From contig CAZBFH010000001.1 in NCBI GenBank assembly GCA_964491185.1, positions 16,739-80,738 of the forward strand: a stretch of 64,000 bases of DNA, given 5' to 3'. The translations under genes were made by a program, and so were the position numbers. This DNA comes from an uncultured Gammaproteobacteria bacterium. GTDB lineage: Bacteria > Patescibacteriota > Microgenomatia > Levybacterales > UBA12049. A model generated the notes under the pieces. It saw nothing but the letters and a program-made list of their open reading frames with translations, was not told where the DNA came from and ran no database searches. The first letter of the stretch is position 1. Every line of letters starts with the position of its first letter. Shown piece by piece: positions 8,836-18,023 of the stretch.

Positions 8836-9369
8836 TTAACGATGCATTTCTTGCGCAGCTTTAATTCCCAGTAAATATCCTGAGGCTGCAGTTATCAATG
8901 CTCCCCGATTATTTCCACTAATAATAACCCTTGCAGAAGATGATTCGGGACGATTATCAAAGCCAACAAATAGTCGTCCGTCTCGGGTTGTTTGATGTGA
9001 TTTTACAACTGAACCAATTTGTGTAAGTTTTGGAGCCCCAACATCATCTAATTGAAAATTCTGAAGAGGTATTACTTTTAAGCTATCAATTTCCGTTCTA
9101 AGCAAGACGTGTTCATCTGGAATTGCAGACACGTATGAATCCGGTCTTACGCCTCGAGAATAATTACCATCTAAAAAGTGAGCGAGCATTTCCCGTCCGT
9201 AAGGATCTAATCGTAGACTTAAAGCGCCTGGATACAATTCACCTAAATGTTCCAACATCCTTTCTGTAAATTTGGCAGGATCTCCAACTTCTAGATTAAG
9301 AGTTGTTTCCTGCTTTCTTCTCACTTCCTCATCTGGCGTACCCACACCTGGTTGCCTCCTATCTGTCAT
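8836..9369 (-). CDS. Hypothetical protein (GC-richer)
   Basis: 177-aa ORF. Candidate promoter on the minus strand: TTGACA (plus 9403-9408), 17-nt spacer, TAATAT (plus 9380-9385), then only about 10 nt to the ATG. Confidence 0.45.
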   Translation of the reverse strand: MTDRRQPGVGTPDEEVRRKQETTLNLEVGDPAKFTERMLEHLGELYPGALSLRLDPYGREMLAHFLDGNYSRGVRPDSYVSAIPDEHVLLRTEIDSLKVIPLQNFQLDDVGAPKLTQIGSVVKSHQTTRDGRLFVGFDNRPESSSARVIISGNNRGALITAASGYLLGIKAAQEMHR

Positions 9370-9414
9370 AAGAAGATGAATATTAGCACTTTTTCTTAAT
9401 TTGTCAACAGCTTA

Positions 9415-9948
9415 TTAAAAATTATTGAAGATTCGACGGGTTTTTATTTTCCGCTCCATTATTCCCTCTATAAAACTTTCTGAATCTTCCAAGAAAATCT
9501 GCTCCCTTGGCCAAAAGCCCAGCAAAACAATTAGCTCTTCTTCAAATCTTTTTATTCTTTTTCTTGGATCAGGAGTTATTTCTAAATCATAAAAAACTTG
9601 CTGAAGAAGATTAAAAGCTGCGCGGTTCTCCTGATGCTCTGGGAGCAAACCATCAACCAATTCACAAATATAAAAAGCATATCCTGCTCTTTCAAGATCA
9701 GATTTTAATCCTGAATGATGATTTAGAGTTTCTATTTCTGTAAGGATTGGCATGCGACCATCATGAAGATTAAAAATGCTTAAGTTAAGAAGCTCTATAT
9801 GAGATGATCTGCGACTTGAAATTTTTCTAACTCCCTTAGCGATGACAGAAATTTTTCCTCTATTCTTTGTTAAAACTGTAAGAATTCTATCAGCCTCTCC
9901 GTAATTTTTTCTCTTTATGACAATTCCCTCGGTTTTAAAGGATCTCAT
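9415..9948 (-). CDS. recO: DNA repair protein RecO (short form)
   Basis: 177 aa. N-terminal OB-fold signature MRSFKTEGIVIKRKNYGEADRILTVLTKNRGKISVIAKGVRK. Confidence 0.7.
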   Translation of the reverse strand: MRSFKTEGIVIKRKNYGEADRILTVLTKNRGKISVIAKGVRKISSRRSSHIELLNLSIFNLHDGRMPILTEIETLNHHSGLKSDLERAGYAFYICELVDGLLPEHQENRAAFNLLQQVFYDLEITPDPRKRIKRFEEELIVLLGFWPREQIFLEDSESFIEGIMERKIKTRRIFNNF

Positions 9949-9949
9949 A

Positions 9950-11914
9950 TTACAAGCTTAGTTCAATTTCTTTATCCTGATCGAGTATAAACTTTTGTTT
10001 TTGTTTACCATTTACTTTAATCGTGTATTCATCCTCCGCAGTTCCTGGCTGTTTTTGAATCATAACTGGAAGAGGTGAGCCTTTTTCTACTTTAAATGGA
10101 AGAGTATATTCAAGTGTAAGTTTTCCAATACCAAGTGGCCTGACCGTCAAGAATCCTTCGAAAACAGTTTTTCCAAACTCTTCATATGTGGTCATTTTTA
10201 CTTCTGATCCGCTTGAATCTTTTAATTTACTTCCCTTTGGAACATAAACGCGGAACCAATTTCTCCATGGAGCATTAAGACAAAGGCTATTCTCAGCTTC
10301 TAGATTACAGTTTGAAGGCTTATGTGTATTTTTATAGTTAACAGTAACTTTTTTAGTAATTACTCCATTTCCTCCAACCGTATATTCTTGTTCTACATTT
10401 TGATCTACGAATAGATTTGATTTTGCCCCTCCGAAATTAGCTTCGTTAAGATGGAAATAATCACCCTCAAAGTCCCTAATTTGTCCTGTCGCGTTAACCG
10501 CAGAGAGTCCTTCCATAGCATCTTTATTTTCTAAGCTAAACAAAATATGCTTCTGGCCAATTTCAGAGAACATTGCTTGCATAAGAGGCCCCCAATACTG
10601 CTTAGGCGAGGACTGGAAAGCTTTATTCATAATCGCAAGCATAAGATCCCCTATGATACTTTTCCTATCAGATCTAATATATTGAACTCTGATTCCCGCA
10701 AACTCTTCTAATTCATAAATAACTTGTGGACAATCGCATCTCTCATCAATCTTAGTTGTGTAAGTTTGCCCATTTACCTGAATATCTCCTAAAACATTCA
10801 TCGCAGCGACCAGCGCATTGGTATCAATAGCAATAATTCCGTCTACATCTACGTAATTACCTGCATCTTTATAAATATCTCTAAATTCTTTCATGGACTC
10901 CTGGAAGTCTGGAGAAAGATTACTGTCACGAAGATTTAAGACTGGAACTTTTGGTAGATATTTTAATATTGGCTCTGGAGCTTTTTCCTTACCTGAAATA
11001 GTGTTATCTAGGGTATAAATATCTTCTGAAGTATCAACTTTAATTACGCCTTTATTAATTCTAAAAATCGCATAAGCCGTAAGAAATCCTCCTGTAGGAC
11101 GAAGCTCTTTATCATTCTGGAAAAGCACGAAATATTTCTTTTCTTCTTTCTCTCCTAGAAGCTGCGGGAGAACCTTGATAAATGGACTCGCATCTTCTAT
11201 GAATTTAGTTCCATCATCTGCCAGAGTTCTCATGGTTACCATTCCATTCCTGACTTTTCCTCCTGCTATAAACTTTGGATAATCATTTGGATTTACATAA
11301 GATATTTCTTTCTGGGCGAGCTTTAAAGATTTTGCAATATCATCAATCCTAGGAGTGACCTTTCCCATGGTTTGAACTGCTGTTTCAATCCTTTTTTCTG
11401 CACTTCCCCCGACAAAGCTTCCTTGCCCCTTAAGTCCTAAAACATCTGCATATGGCTCTACCGACTCAACGAACACATCAGCTGCATCTAAACCATAGAA
11501 ACCAGCATTTACCATATGCCTCGCATCGTTATAGTAAATATTAGGTCCAGGAATAAATCTCATAAGAAAAAGTAAATTTAGTTTTTTCTGAGTATCCTTT
11601 AGAGCTTCGCGGGTTTTCTTAAGCTCCTTGCCCGTAGCTTCTATATCCTGCTTCTTAAGTGCGTCCACAGTGGCGTTAACCTGAGCATATGTCTTTTTAG
11701 CTGAAAGGTATGTTAGGAAACCCGGAATGATAATTAAAAGCACTAAAATAACGAAAACCACAAGAAGCCCAAAACCCACTTTTTTATTCTTAAGTCTGCC
11801 AAGTTTTGAAAACCTAGAATTTGCTCTAGGGCTTGTTTGGATTTTTTCTGTTGGAGTATTTGTTGATTTTACGGGCGCTTCTGAGCTAAGCTCAATCTTT
11901 TCGAATCCATCCAT
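9950..11914 (-). CDS. DUF4012-like extracytoplasmic envelope protein with N-terminal TM anchor
   Basis: 654 aa. TM helix at about residues 45-70. FQNDKELRPTGGFLTAYA resembles the conserved LRPTGGF core of DUF4012 proteins, which are often next to polysaccharide loci. Confidence 0.55.
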   Translation of the reverse strand: MDGFEKIELSSEAPVKSTNTPTEKIQTSPRANSRFSKLGRLKNKKVGFGLLVVFVILVLLIIIPGFLTYLSAKKTYAQVNATVDALKKQDIEATGKELKKTREALKDTQKKLNLLFLMRFIPGPNIYYNDARHMVNAGFYGLDAADVFVESVEPYADVLGLKGQGSFVGGSAEKRIETAVQTMGKVTPRIDDIAKSLKLAQKEISYVNPNDYPKFIAGGKVRNGMVTMRTLADDGTKFIEDASPFIKVLPQLLGEKEEKKYFVLFQNDKELRPTGGFLTAYAIFRINKGVIKVDTSEDIYTLDNTISGKEKAPEPILKYLPKVPVLNLRDSNLSPDFQESMKEFRDIYKDAGNYVDVDGIIAIDTNALVAAMNVLGDIQVNGQTYTTKIDERCDCPQVIYELEEFAGIRVQYIRSDRKSIIGDLMLAIMNKAFQSSPKQYWGPLMQAMFSEIGQKHILFSLENKDAMEGLSAVNATGQIRDFEGDYFHLNEANFGGAKSNLFVDQNVEQEYTVGGNGVITKKVTVNYKNTHKPSNCNLEAENSLCLNAPWRNWFRVYVPKGSKLKDSSGSEVKMTTYEEFGKTVFEGFLTVRPLGIGKLTLEYTLPFKVEKGSPLPVMIQKQPGTAEDEYTIKVNGKQKQKFILDQDKEIELSL

Positions 11915-11920
11915 TAAGAT

Positions 11921-11950
11921 ATGATACTAGGTCACAAATGGTCGTGTCAA
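11921..11950 (-). promoter_or_regulatory. Sigma70-like promoter TTGACA-18-TATCAT ending 6 nt before the ATG (leaderless-type transcript)
   Basis: Minus-strand reading: TTGACA (plus 11945-11950), 18-nt spacer, TATCAT (plus 11921-11926), ATG at 11914. Confidence 0.35.
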
Positions 11951-12003
11951 ATTGACAAAATGTGAAAGAAGAAGATCACGCAGTTAGTAACTAGTCAATC
12001 TTT

Positions 12004-12027
12004 CAAGGCCTCCCTGCGAGGCTAAAG
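12004..12027. repeat. Second copy of the GC-rich motif GGCCT(CCC)TGCGAGGCTAAA with short hairpin potential, directly after the stop of the priming transferase
   Basis: caaggcctccctgcgaggctaaag aligns with 6921-6937 (ggccttgcgaggctaaa). The gcctc/gaggc pair can form a 5-bp stem. Confidence 0.45.
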
Positions 12028-12687
12028 GGCGCCTTTCCCTGAAATCATGGCACCTGGGGTTTTCATAATTATAGACATATCATATGCAATTGATCTTTTC
12101 TTAACATACTCAGCATCCATTTTTATTCTTTTATCAAAATTTATCTCAGATCTTCCAGAAACCTGCCAATATCCAGTCACCCCAGGACGTACTGAAAGTA
12201 CAATTTTTACAGGCTCCCGAGTCTCCGGATATCTAACCTGTTGATCCCTAAGCTCATCTGGATAATATGCGCGAGGCCCAACAAGACTCATGTCACCTTT
12301 TAAAATATTAAAAAACTGAGGAACTTCATCAAGAGAATGCTTTCTAATAAAATGCCCAACATTTGTAATCCTTGGATCATCTTTTAACTTATAACTTCCT
12401 TTCTTATAATCCCTATACAGTTCTGCAAATTTAGGATTTTCCCGCAAAAGCTCATGAGCATTTTCAATCATGGAGCGGAATTTATACATCTTAAATAGCT
12501 TGCCGTTTTTTCCAACTCTCTCAGGAGTATCCGCCAAAACAGGCCCTTTTGAGTCAAGCTTAATGGCTATTGCAACTAAAATAATTATTGGGGAAAAGAT
12601 AACAATAAGAACAAGAGACAAAACTATATCTAGTAGTCTCTTAAAAAACTCATACAAAACACTTTTTCTGACTTCGATAATAGGCAT
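12022..12687 (-). CDS. Monotopic polyprenyl-phosphate phosphoglycosyltransferase (PglC/WbaP-C-terminal-like 'bacterial sugar transferase'). Priming enzyme.
   Basis: 221 aa. Re-entrant N-terminal helix, KFRSM motif, VGPRAYYPDE and PGVTGYWQVSGRSEINF, the PF02397 signature. Confidence 0.85.
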   Translation of the reverse strand: MPIIEVRKSVLYEFFKRLLDIVLSLVLIVIFSPIIILVAIAIKLDSKGPVLADTPERVGKNGKLFKMYKFRSMIENAHELLRENPKFAELYRDYKKGSYKLKDDPRITNVGHFIRKHSLDEVPQFFNILKGDMSLVGPRAYYPDELRDQQVRYPETREPVKIVLSVRPGVTGYWQVSGRSEINFDKRIKMDAEYVKKRSIAYDMSIIMKTPGAMISGKGAL

Positions 12688-12688
12688 A

Positions 12689-13762
12689 TTACGTAAGGTG
12701 TTCGTTGGGAGTTCCTGCGAGACTCTCTACTAACTTTTTAATTTTAGGAACAGAAGACTTAGGGCAAACCAAAACTACATCCTCAGTATTAATTACAAGC
12801 ATTTCCGATAAATCAATTCCTACAGTTAACTGGTTTGTGTAATTAAATACGAGGCTATCCCTAGAATCTTCTATCATGACTTTTCCCTTAGTCACATTTT
12901 CATCAACTTTTTCACTAAGCGCTTCTTTTAGAGCCTCCCACGCTCCAATATCACTCCACCCAATATCTACTGAAATTACTGAAATCTTACTTGTTGTAAA
13001 TTTCTCAAGTATTGCGTCGTCAAAACTAATCTTCTCAAGCGTTGGATAAATTTCATCAAGTGATTTTTCAAAATCTGAAGAGTCAACGATTTTGATAAGA
13101 TCCTCATACATTTGAGGCACAAATCTTTCAAATTTCTCAATCAGATAAGAAGGGGTTGTAACAAAATATCCTAAGTTCCAAACATAGTGTTCATCCTGAA
13201 AAAAGTCTTCAGCCTGAGACAGTTTTGGCCTATATTTAAGTTTTTTAAATTCTAACGCTCGAAGACCTTCCTCAGTCCAAAGCTCATCACCGCAATAAAT
13301 CCACCCTACATTTTGGTTTGCGAATCTGGGCTTTTGACCTATGAAAACAAAGTCTGATTTTCCATCAAGAATAGATTTTTCAGCCATACGAAGAGCTTTT
13401 TGAAAAATCTTAATCTCTCTAACCATATGATCACTCCAGATAATCGCCATGGGTTCGTTTGGGAATTTTTTATTAATTATGGCCGTTGTAAGTCCAATTG
13501 CAGGCCCAACATCTCTCATTTCGGGCTCAAAAATAAAATTATCTTTTGGAATCTCAGGGAGCTGCGAAATAACTATATCTTTATATCTTTTTCCAGTAGC
13601 GACATAAATATCTTGCGGGCTAAACTCCGGCTGAAGTCTTGCAACCGCATCTTGAAGAGTTGATTTGTCACCTATTAATTTTCCAAATTGCTTTGGAGTA
13701 TTCTTCCTTGATAGTGGCCAAAGCCTTGTTCCTACTCCTCCTGCGAAAATAACTACTTTCAT
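12689..13762 (-). CDS. manC: Mannose-1-phosphate guanylyltransferase (GDP-mannose pyrophosphorylase, no PMI domain)
   Basis: 357 aa. MKVVIFAGGVGTRLWPLSRKNTPKQF N-terminal nucleotidyltransferase motif typical of ManC. Confidence 0.78.
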   Translation of the reverse strand: MKVVIFAGGVGTRLWPLSRKNTPKQFGKLIGDKSTLQDAVARLQPEFSPQDIYVATGKRYKDIVISQLPEIPKDNFIFEPEMRDVGPAIGLTTAIINKKFPNEPMAIIWSDHMVREIKIFQKALRMAEKSILDGKSDFVFIGQKPRFANQNVGWIYCGDELWTEEGLRALEFKKLKYRPKLSQAEDFFQDEHYVWNLGYFVTTPSYLIEKFERFVPQMYEDLIKIVDSSDFEKSLDEIYPTLEKISFDDAILEKFTTSKISVISVDIGWSDIGAWEALKEALSEKVDENVTKGKVMIEDSRDSLVFNYTNQLTVGIDLSEMLVINTEDVVLVCPKSSVPKIKKLVESLAGTPNEHLT

Positions 13763-14844
13763 AAATTTGTATTCTTTTCTATGAATTCTTCCAAATTTTT
13801 CTTAAAGTTTTTATAAGAAAATCTCTCTGAATTCCTTATTATGTCAGCCTTATTATATAGTCTTTCATCAAATCTTTCCAATACCCTATTTATCGATTCC
13901 GGGCTTTGTTCTTGAAAAAACTCACCAGTAATTCCTTTTTTAACTATGTCCAATGCTCCTCCGCTTTTAAATGCTATGACTGGTTTTCCAAAAGCCTGGG
14001 CCTCTGCCATTACTAATCCAAAGTCTTCATTTCCGGGAAAAATTAAAGCTTTGCAATTTTCATAGTAATACCTAAGCTTCTCATCTGTCAATTCTCCAAG
14101 AAACTGTATGTTTCTATTTGAGCGTTTTTTTAATGATGCCATCATAGGCCCTCCCCCAATTATTTTTAAAGGAAGTCCATTTTTATTAAATGCCTCAACT
14201 GCAAGATCTACTCTTTTGTAATTACTAAATCTAGACATACGTGACACTAGAAGAAAATAATCGTTTTTTCTTTTTTTAATATTTTTGGGAATATCAAGCA
14301 TAAGTGGGGGGAAAATTATTTCACTATTTCGATCGTAATATTTCTTAATTCTATTTTTTACTTCCGAAGAAATCGCAATCATATAATCTGGTCTTTGAGA
14401 AGCCACAAGATCCCATTTTCTTAAATATTTTATGGATCCTGTTGATAAAAATTTAATCAAAGGACTCCTGAAATATTCATCATGCCCACTCCATAAATAT
14501 CTCGTTGGCGTAAGACAATAGCAAACATGTATTGTTCCCGTATTTGTAATTATTCCTTTAGCCGCTTCACTTGTTACTGAGATTACAAGTTCATAGTCAT
14601 CAAATGAAAAGCGCTCAAAAGCAATTGGCATGAAAACTGCAAGAAGCTCATTATACTTTCGAAGAGCAGAAGCACTTTGAAGAAATGAAGTTTTTATTTC
14701 AAAATCATTTGCCCATTTACTCCCTTCAAAACTCCTAACAGATGTGAACAAAGGAGCATCTGGAAACATTTTGTGAAGCGCTAAAAGGACTCTTTCTGCT
14801 CCACCCCATTTATTTACCCGATCATATACTAGTGCGACTTTCAT
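13759..14844 (-). CDS. Glycosyltransferase family 4 (GT-B)
   Basis: 361 aa. C-terminal EDFGLVMAEAQAFGKPVIA (E-x7-E GT4 motif). Confidence 0.8.
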   Translation of the reverse strand: MKVALVYDRVNKWGGAERVLLALHKMFPDAPLFTSVRSFEGSKWANDFEIKTSFLQSASALRKYNELLAVFMPIAFERFSFDDYELVISVTSEAAKGIITNTGTIHVCYCLTPTRYLWSGHDEYFRSPLIKFLSTGSIKYLRKWDLVASQRPDYMIAISSEVKNRIKKYYDRNSEIIFPPLMLDIPKNIKKRKNDYFLLVSRMSRFSNYKRVDLAVEAFNKNGLPLKIIGGGPMMASLKKRSNRNIQFLGELTDEKLRYYYENCKALIFPGNEDFGLVMAEAQAFGKPVIAFKSGGALDIVKKGITGEFFQEQSPESINRVLERFDERLYNKADIIRNSERFSYKNFKKNLEEFIEKNTNL

Positions 14845-14880
14845 ATTATTTATTTAGGCAGAGGTGGCTTATGCCAAATT

Positions 14881-15987
14881 CTATGAGGTGCTACCTTCAT
14901 AAACCGTTAAAGTTTCTCTAGCTGTTTTTTCCCACGAATATTTTCCTGCTTGGTCGTGTCCCTTTTTAACTAATTTCTCTTTATCGGAAAGATTCAAACT
15001 TAAGACGTAGTTCATTTTCGAAAGTATATCATCTGTTTTGAATTGATCAAAGTAAATAATTGAATCCCCAAAAATCTCCCTATGAACAGGTATGTCGGAA
15101 GCCAAGACTAAACAATCATTTTCAAGCGCTTCCAAAGGCGGAAGACTGAACCCCTCCATTAAGCTTGTCCTAACCAACGCAGTTGCACCTTTATAAAGCT
15201 CTGACAATCTTTCGTCCGATACATTTTCCAGAAAGTGCACGCTTCCTTCCTTAAAATTTTTCCTAACATGATCTTTAAGTTTTTTGTATAAAAAATCATT
15301 ACTTCCAACAAAAACTAAACGAAGAGATGAATCTTTTCGTGAAAGAATCTTAAACGATTCAAGAAGAAGTCCTACATTTTTATGCGCAAAAACATTTCCT
15401 ACATAAAGAAAATAATTTTTTATTTTCTCTTCTTTTTTATTGGATTTTTTCATATCATCAGCTGCCTCATAAATAACATCAATTTTTGATTTATTAACTT
15501 TTAAAGTCTCGCTTATATCTTTTTTTGTAAAATCAGAAACAGCAATAATTTTTTTCGAAACTCTAACTGCATTTGCAACTACAACTCGATAAGCGATAAC
15601 TTTAAAACCCAAAAGCCAGAGAGGAAGAGTTGAAGAAGCACCACTTACGTAATGGTGAAAAATTAAATCATGAATCGTTACTACGTATGGACGCCTATAA
15701 AAAATGGGAACACTAAAATAAGGAAAATGCATTAAGTCTAATTTTTCTTTTTTTATAACTTTGGGAAAGAATAATTGCTCTTTAATTGAGTGCCATTTAT
15801 ATTCTGCATTTACTATTTTCCAATTTTTATTTTTTATTTTTTCTTCAATTTCTTTTTTATCAGACTTTAAAACAAACAAAACATAAGAATTTTTATTATC
15901 TATCTCAGATAAATTTATAGTTAGATTTCTAATATATCTACCAACTCCTGTTTGACTCCAAAGGCGACAATCAACTCCTATTTTCAT
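14881..15987 (-). CDS. Glycosyltransferase family 4 (GT-B)
   Basis: 368 aa. EGFSLPPLEALENDCLVLASD motif. Confidence 0.8.
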   Translation of the reverse strand: MKIGVDCRLWSQTGVGRYIRNLTINLSEIDNKNSYVLFVLKSDKKEIEEKIKNKNWKIVNAEYKWHSIKEQLFFPKVIKKEKLDLMHFPYFSVPIFYRRPYVVTIHDLIFHHYVSGASSTLPLWLLGFKVIAYRVVVANAVRVSKKIIAVSDFTKKDISETLKVNKSKIDVIYEAADDMKKSNKKEEKIKNYFLYVGNVFAHKNVGLLLESFKILSRKDSSLRLVFVGSNDFLYKKLKDHVRKNFKEGSVHFLENVSDERLSELYKGATALVRTSLMEGFSLPPLEALENDCLVLASDIPVHREIFGDSIIYFDQFKTDDILSKMNYVLSLNLSDKEKLVKKGHDQAGKYSWEKTARETLTVYEGSTS

Positions 15988-16856
15988 ACTATTTTTTTTC
16001 TTCGGGTTAAAAATAATCTAATATCAATCCCAAGATATACTAACCAATTTAAAAAGAATGGATACTTTTTTGCATAATGTTTTTTGTAAAATATTTTCAT
16101 TGTCATATAAAAATATCCAAGTGATTTATTTTTTGTAGAATTATCTGCACCAGAATTCCTTTGACTATGTTTTTTAATGCCAGAAGACACTCCTTTGACA
16201 TGCAGAATTTTTACCTCTGGAACATACATAACTTTAAATCCTGCTTTTTTTACTCTAAAGCATAGATCAATATCCTCGCCGTAAAGAAAATAATCCTCGT
16301 CAAAATATCCAGTCTTTTCAAGTACTGATTTTCTTATAAACATAAACGCACCAACAACAGAATCCACCTCGTGAGTTTTTGACATATCTCTATTTGTTAA
16401 ATGATAAAGCCTATCGTTCTTTAAAAAGAAGTATAAAAACGAAGCGAATGGAGTCGGAAAACCTCTATGAGAAGCCGCATCAATTGAACCATCTTCTTTC
16501 TCGACTCGAGAAGAAGCAATTCCAACATCTAAATTCGTATCCATGTAATCAGATACAAACTTTAATGTACCTGGTGGAACTTCACTATCTGGATTAAGGG
16601 TTAATAAATATGGAGTATTAGCTTTTTTTAAAACTAAATTATGTGCTTTACCAAATCCTAAATTTTCTTTATTAAAAATAAAATTAAATTGGGGAAATTT
16701 TTCTTTAGCTTTTTCTTGACTTCCATCAGACGAATTATTATCAACTATGAAAACGTCAAATTCTAATTCATTCTCAATTTTTTTCAAAGATTCCAAACAT
16801 TTAATTAGATAGTCTCCAGCATTAAAATTAACGATAGAGATTGTTAGTTTTTTCAT
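15984..16856 (-). CDS. Glycosyltransferase family 2 (GT-A)
   Basis: 290 aa. N-terminal ISIVNFNAGDYL, D-x-D region, rhamnosyltransferase-like. Confidence 0.8.
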   Translation of the reverse strand: MKKLTISIVNFNAGDYLIKCLESLKKIENELEFDVFIVDNNSSDGSQEKAKEKFPQFNFIFNKENLGFGKAHNLVLKKANTPYLLTLNPDSEVPPGTLKFVSDYMDTNLDVGIASSRVEKEDGSIDAASHRGFPTPFASFLYFFLKNDRLYHLTNRDMSKTHEVDSVVGAFMFIRKSVLEKTGYFDEDYFLYGEDIDLCFRVKKAGFKVMYVPEVKILHVKGVSSGIKKHSQRNSGADNSTKNKSLGYFYMTMKIFYKKHYAKKYPFFLNWLVYLGIDIRLFLTRRKKIV

Positions 16857-18023
16857 TTAATTTAAACTTTCGTAAACTTTATCCAATTTTTCAGAAATAT
16901 TTTTCCAGTCAAAGTTTTTTTCTATGAATTTTCTACTATTTCTTGAAATCTTTTCATATAAATATTCATCGGAAAGAAGAAGTGACGCTTTATTGGAAAA
17001 TTCTTCTGGTTTATCGCAAATAATTATTTCCTCATTTTCCGTAGCCTTAATTCCCTCATTCCCAAGTGCAGTAGTGATCACAGGAGTACCGGTAGACATA
17101 GCTTCTAATATTTTAAAATTTGTTCCCCCACCCACCCTAATTGGAGCAAGTAAAATATCAGCCTCTTGAAAAATATTTTCCGTTTTATTCGAAGCATTCT
17201 CATCAAAAACAACAGAGAGGTCCCCAATTGCTTTAATAGAATCTGGAATTTTTTTCCCTACTACCCAAAGAGAAGTATTGGGATTATTCTTCAAAATTTT
17301 AGGCCAGATATTTTTTATAATATAAACTATTGAGTCTCTATTTTGAATCCATTTAAAATCTCCAATAAATAAAACCTTTTTGTGTGTTTTATCTTTTATA
17401 ATTTTTTTCATTTTAAATTTCTGAGTATCAACACCATTTGGAATTATATCTACATCCCTTTTCATCTCTTCTGCCTCTACTTTCGAGACTGCAATTAACT
17501 TAGTAGCTTTTTTCCAATATGCTTTTTCTGCTCTTTTCAGTTTTAAAATATCAAGATATAAAAGAGGACGCCCAATAATTAAACTTTTCTTAACAAACTT
17601 CTCATAAACTTTGTACTCTATATTATGCTCTGCTAAAACAACGGGTAAATTAGTCCTGGGTAAATTTTGCATCACGTAAAAGGTCTCTACGTGAATAAGG
17701 TCAAACACCTCTTCATTTATCAGTTTTGAAATAATTTTTTTCATTTCAAGATTTCTATGTCCTGTTATTAAAAAAGGATCTAAGGAAAATCCTGTTCTTA
17801 AAATGTTTTTCGGGGTCCATTGTTTTTTTCGGTCAACCGTATAAACCTCATCACAAATTTTGGAAACCTCCCCTATGTCTTTCGTAGTCTGATAATCTCT
17901 TTTTTCACAAACCAACGTTATTGAATGTTTTTCCGATAAATTTTTAATAAGATTATAAAGACGAATCTGTCCACCTGAAAAGAGTGGGTAGGGAAGATAT
18001 GATGAAACTATTAATATTTTCAT
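16857..18023 (-). CDS. Glycosyltransferase family 4 (GT-B)
   Basis: 388 aa. MKILIVSSYLPYPLFSGGQIRLYNL N-terminus, C-terminal GT-B nucleotide-binding domain. Confidence 0.8.
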   Translation of the reverse strand: MKILIVSSYLPYPLFSGGQIRLYNLIKNLSEKHSITLVCEKRDYQTTKDIGEVSKICDEVYTVDRKKQWTPKNILRTGFSLDPFLITGHRNLEMKKIISKLINEEVFDLIHVETFYVMQNLPRTNLPVVLAEHNIEYKVYEKFVKKSLIIGRPLLYLDILKLKRAEKAYWKKATKLIAVSKVEAEEMKRDVDIIPNGVDTQKFKMKKIIKDKTHKKVLFIGDFKWIQNRDSIVYIIKNIWPKILKNNPNTSLWVVGKKIPDSIKAIGDLSVVFDENASNKTENIFQEADILLAPIRVGGGTNFKILEAMSTGTPVITTALGNEGIKATENEEIIICDKPEEFSNKASLLLSDEYLYEKISRNSRKFIEKNFDWKNISEKLDKVYESLN

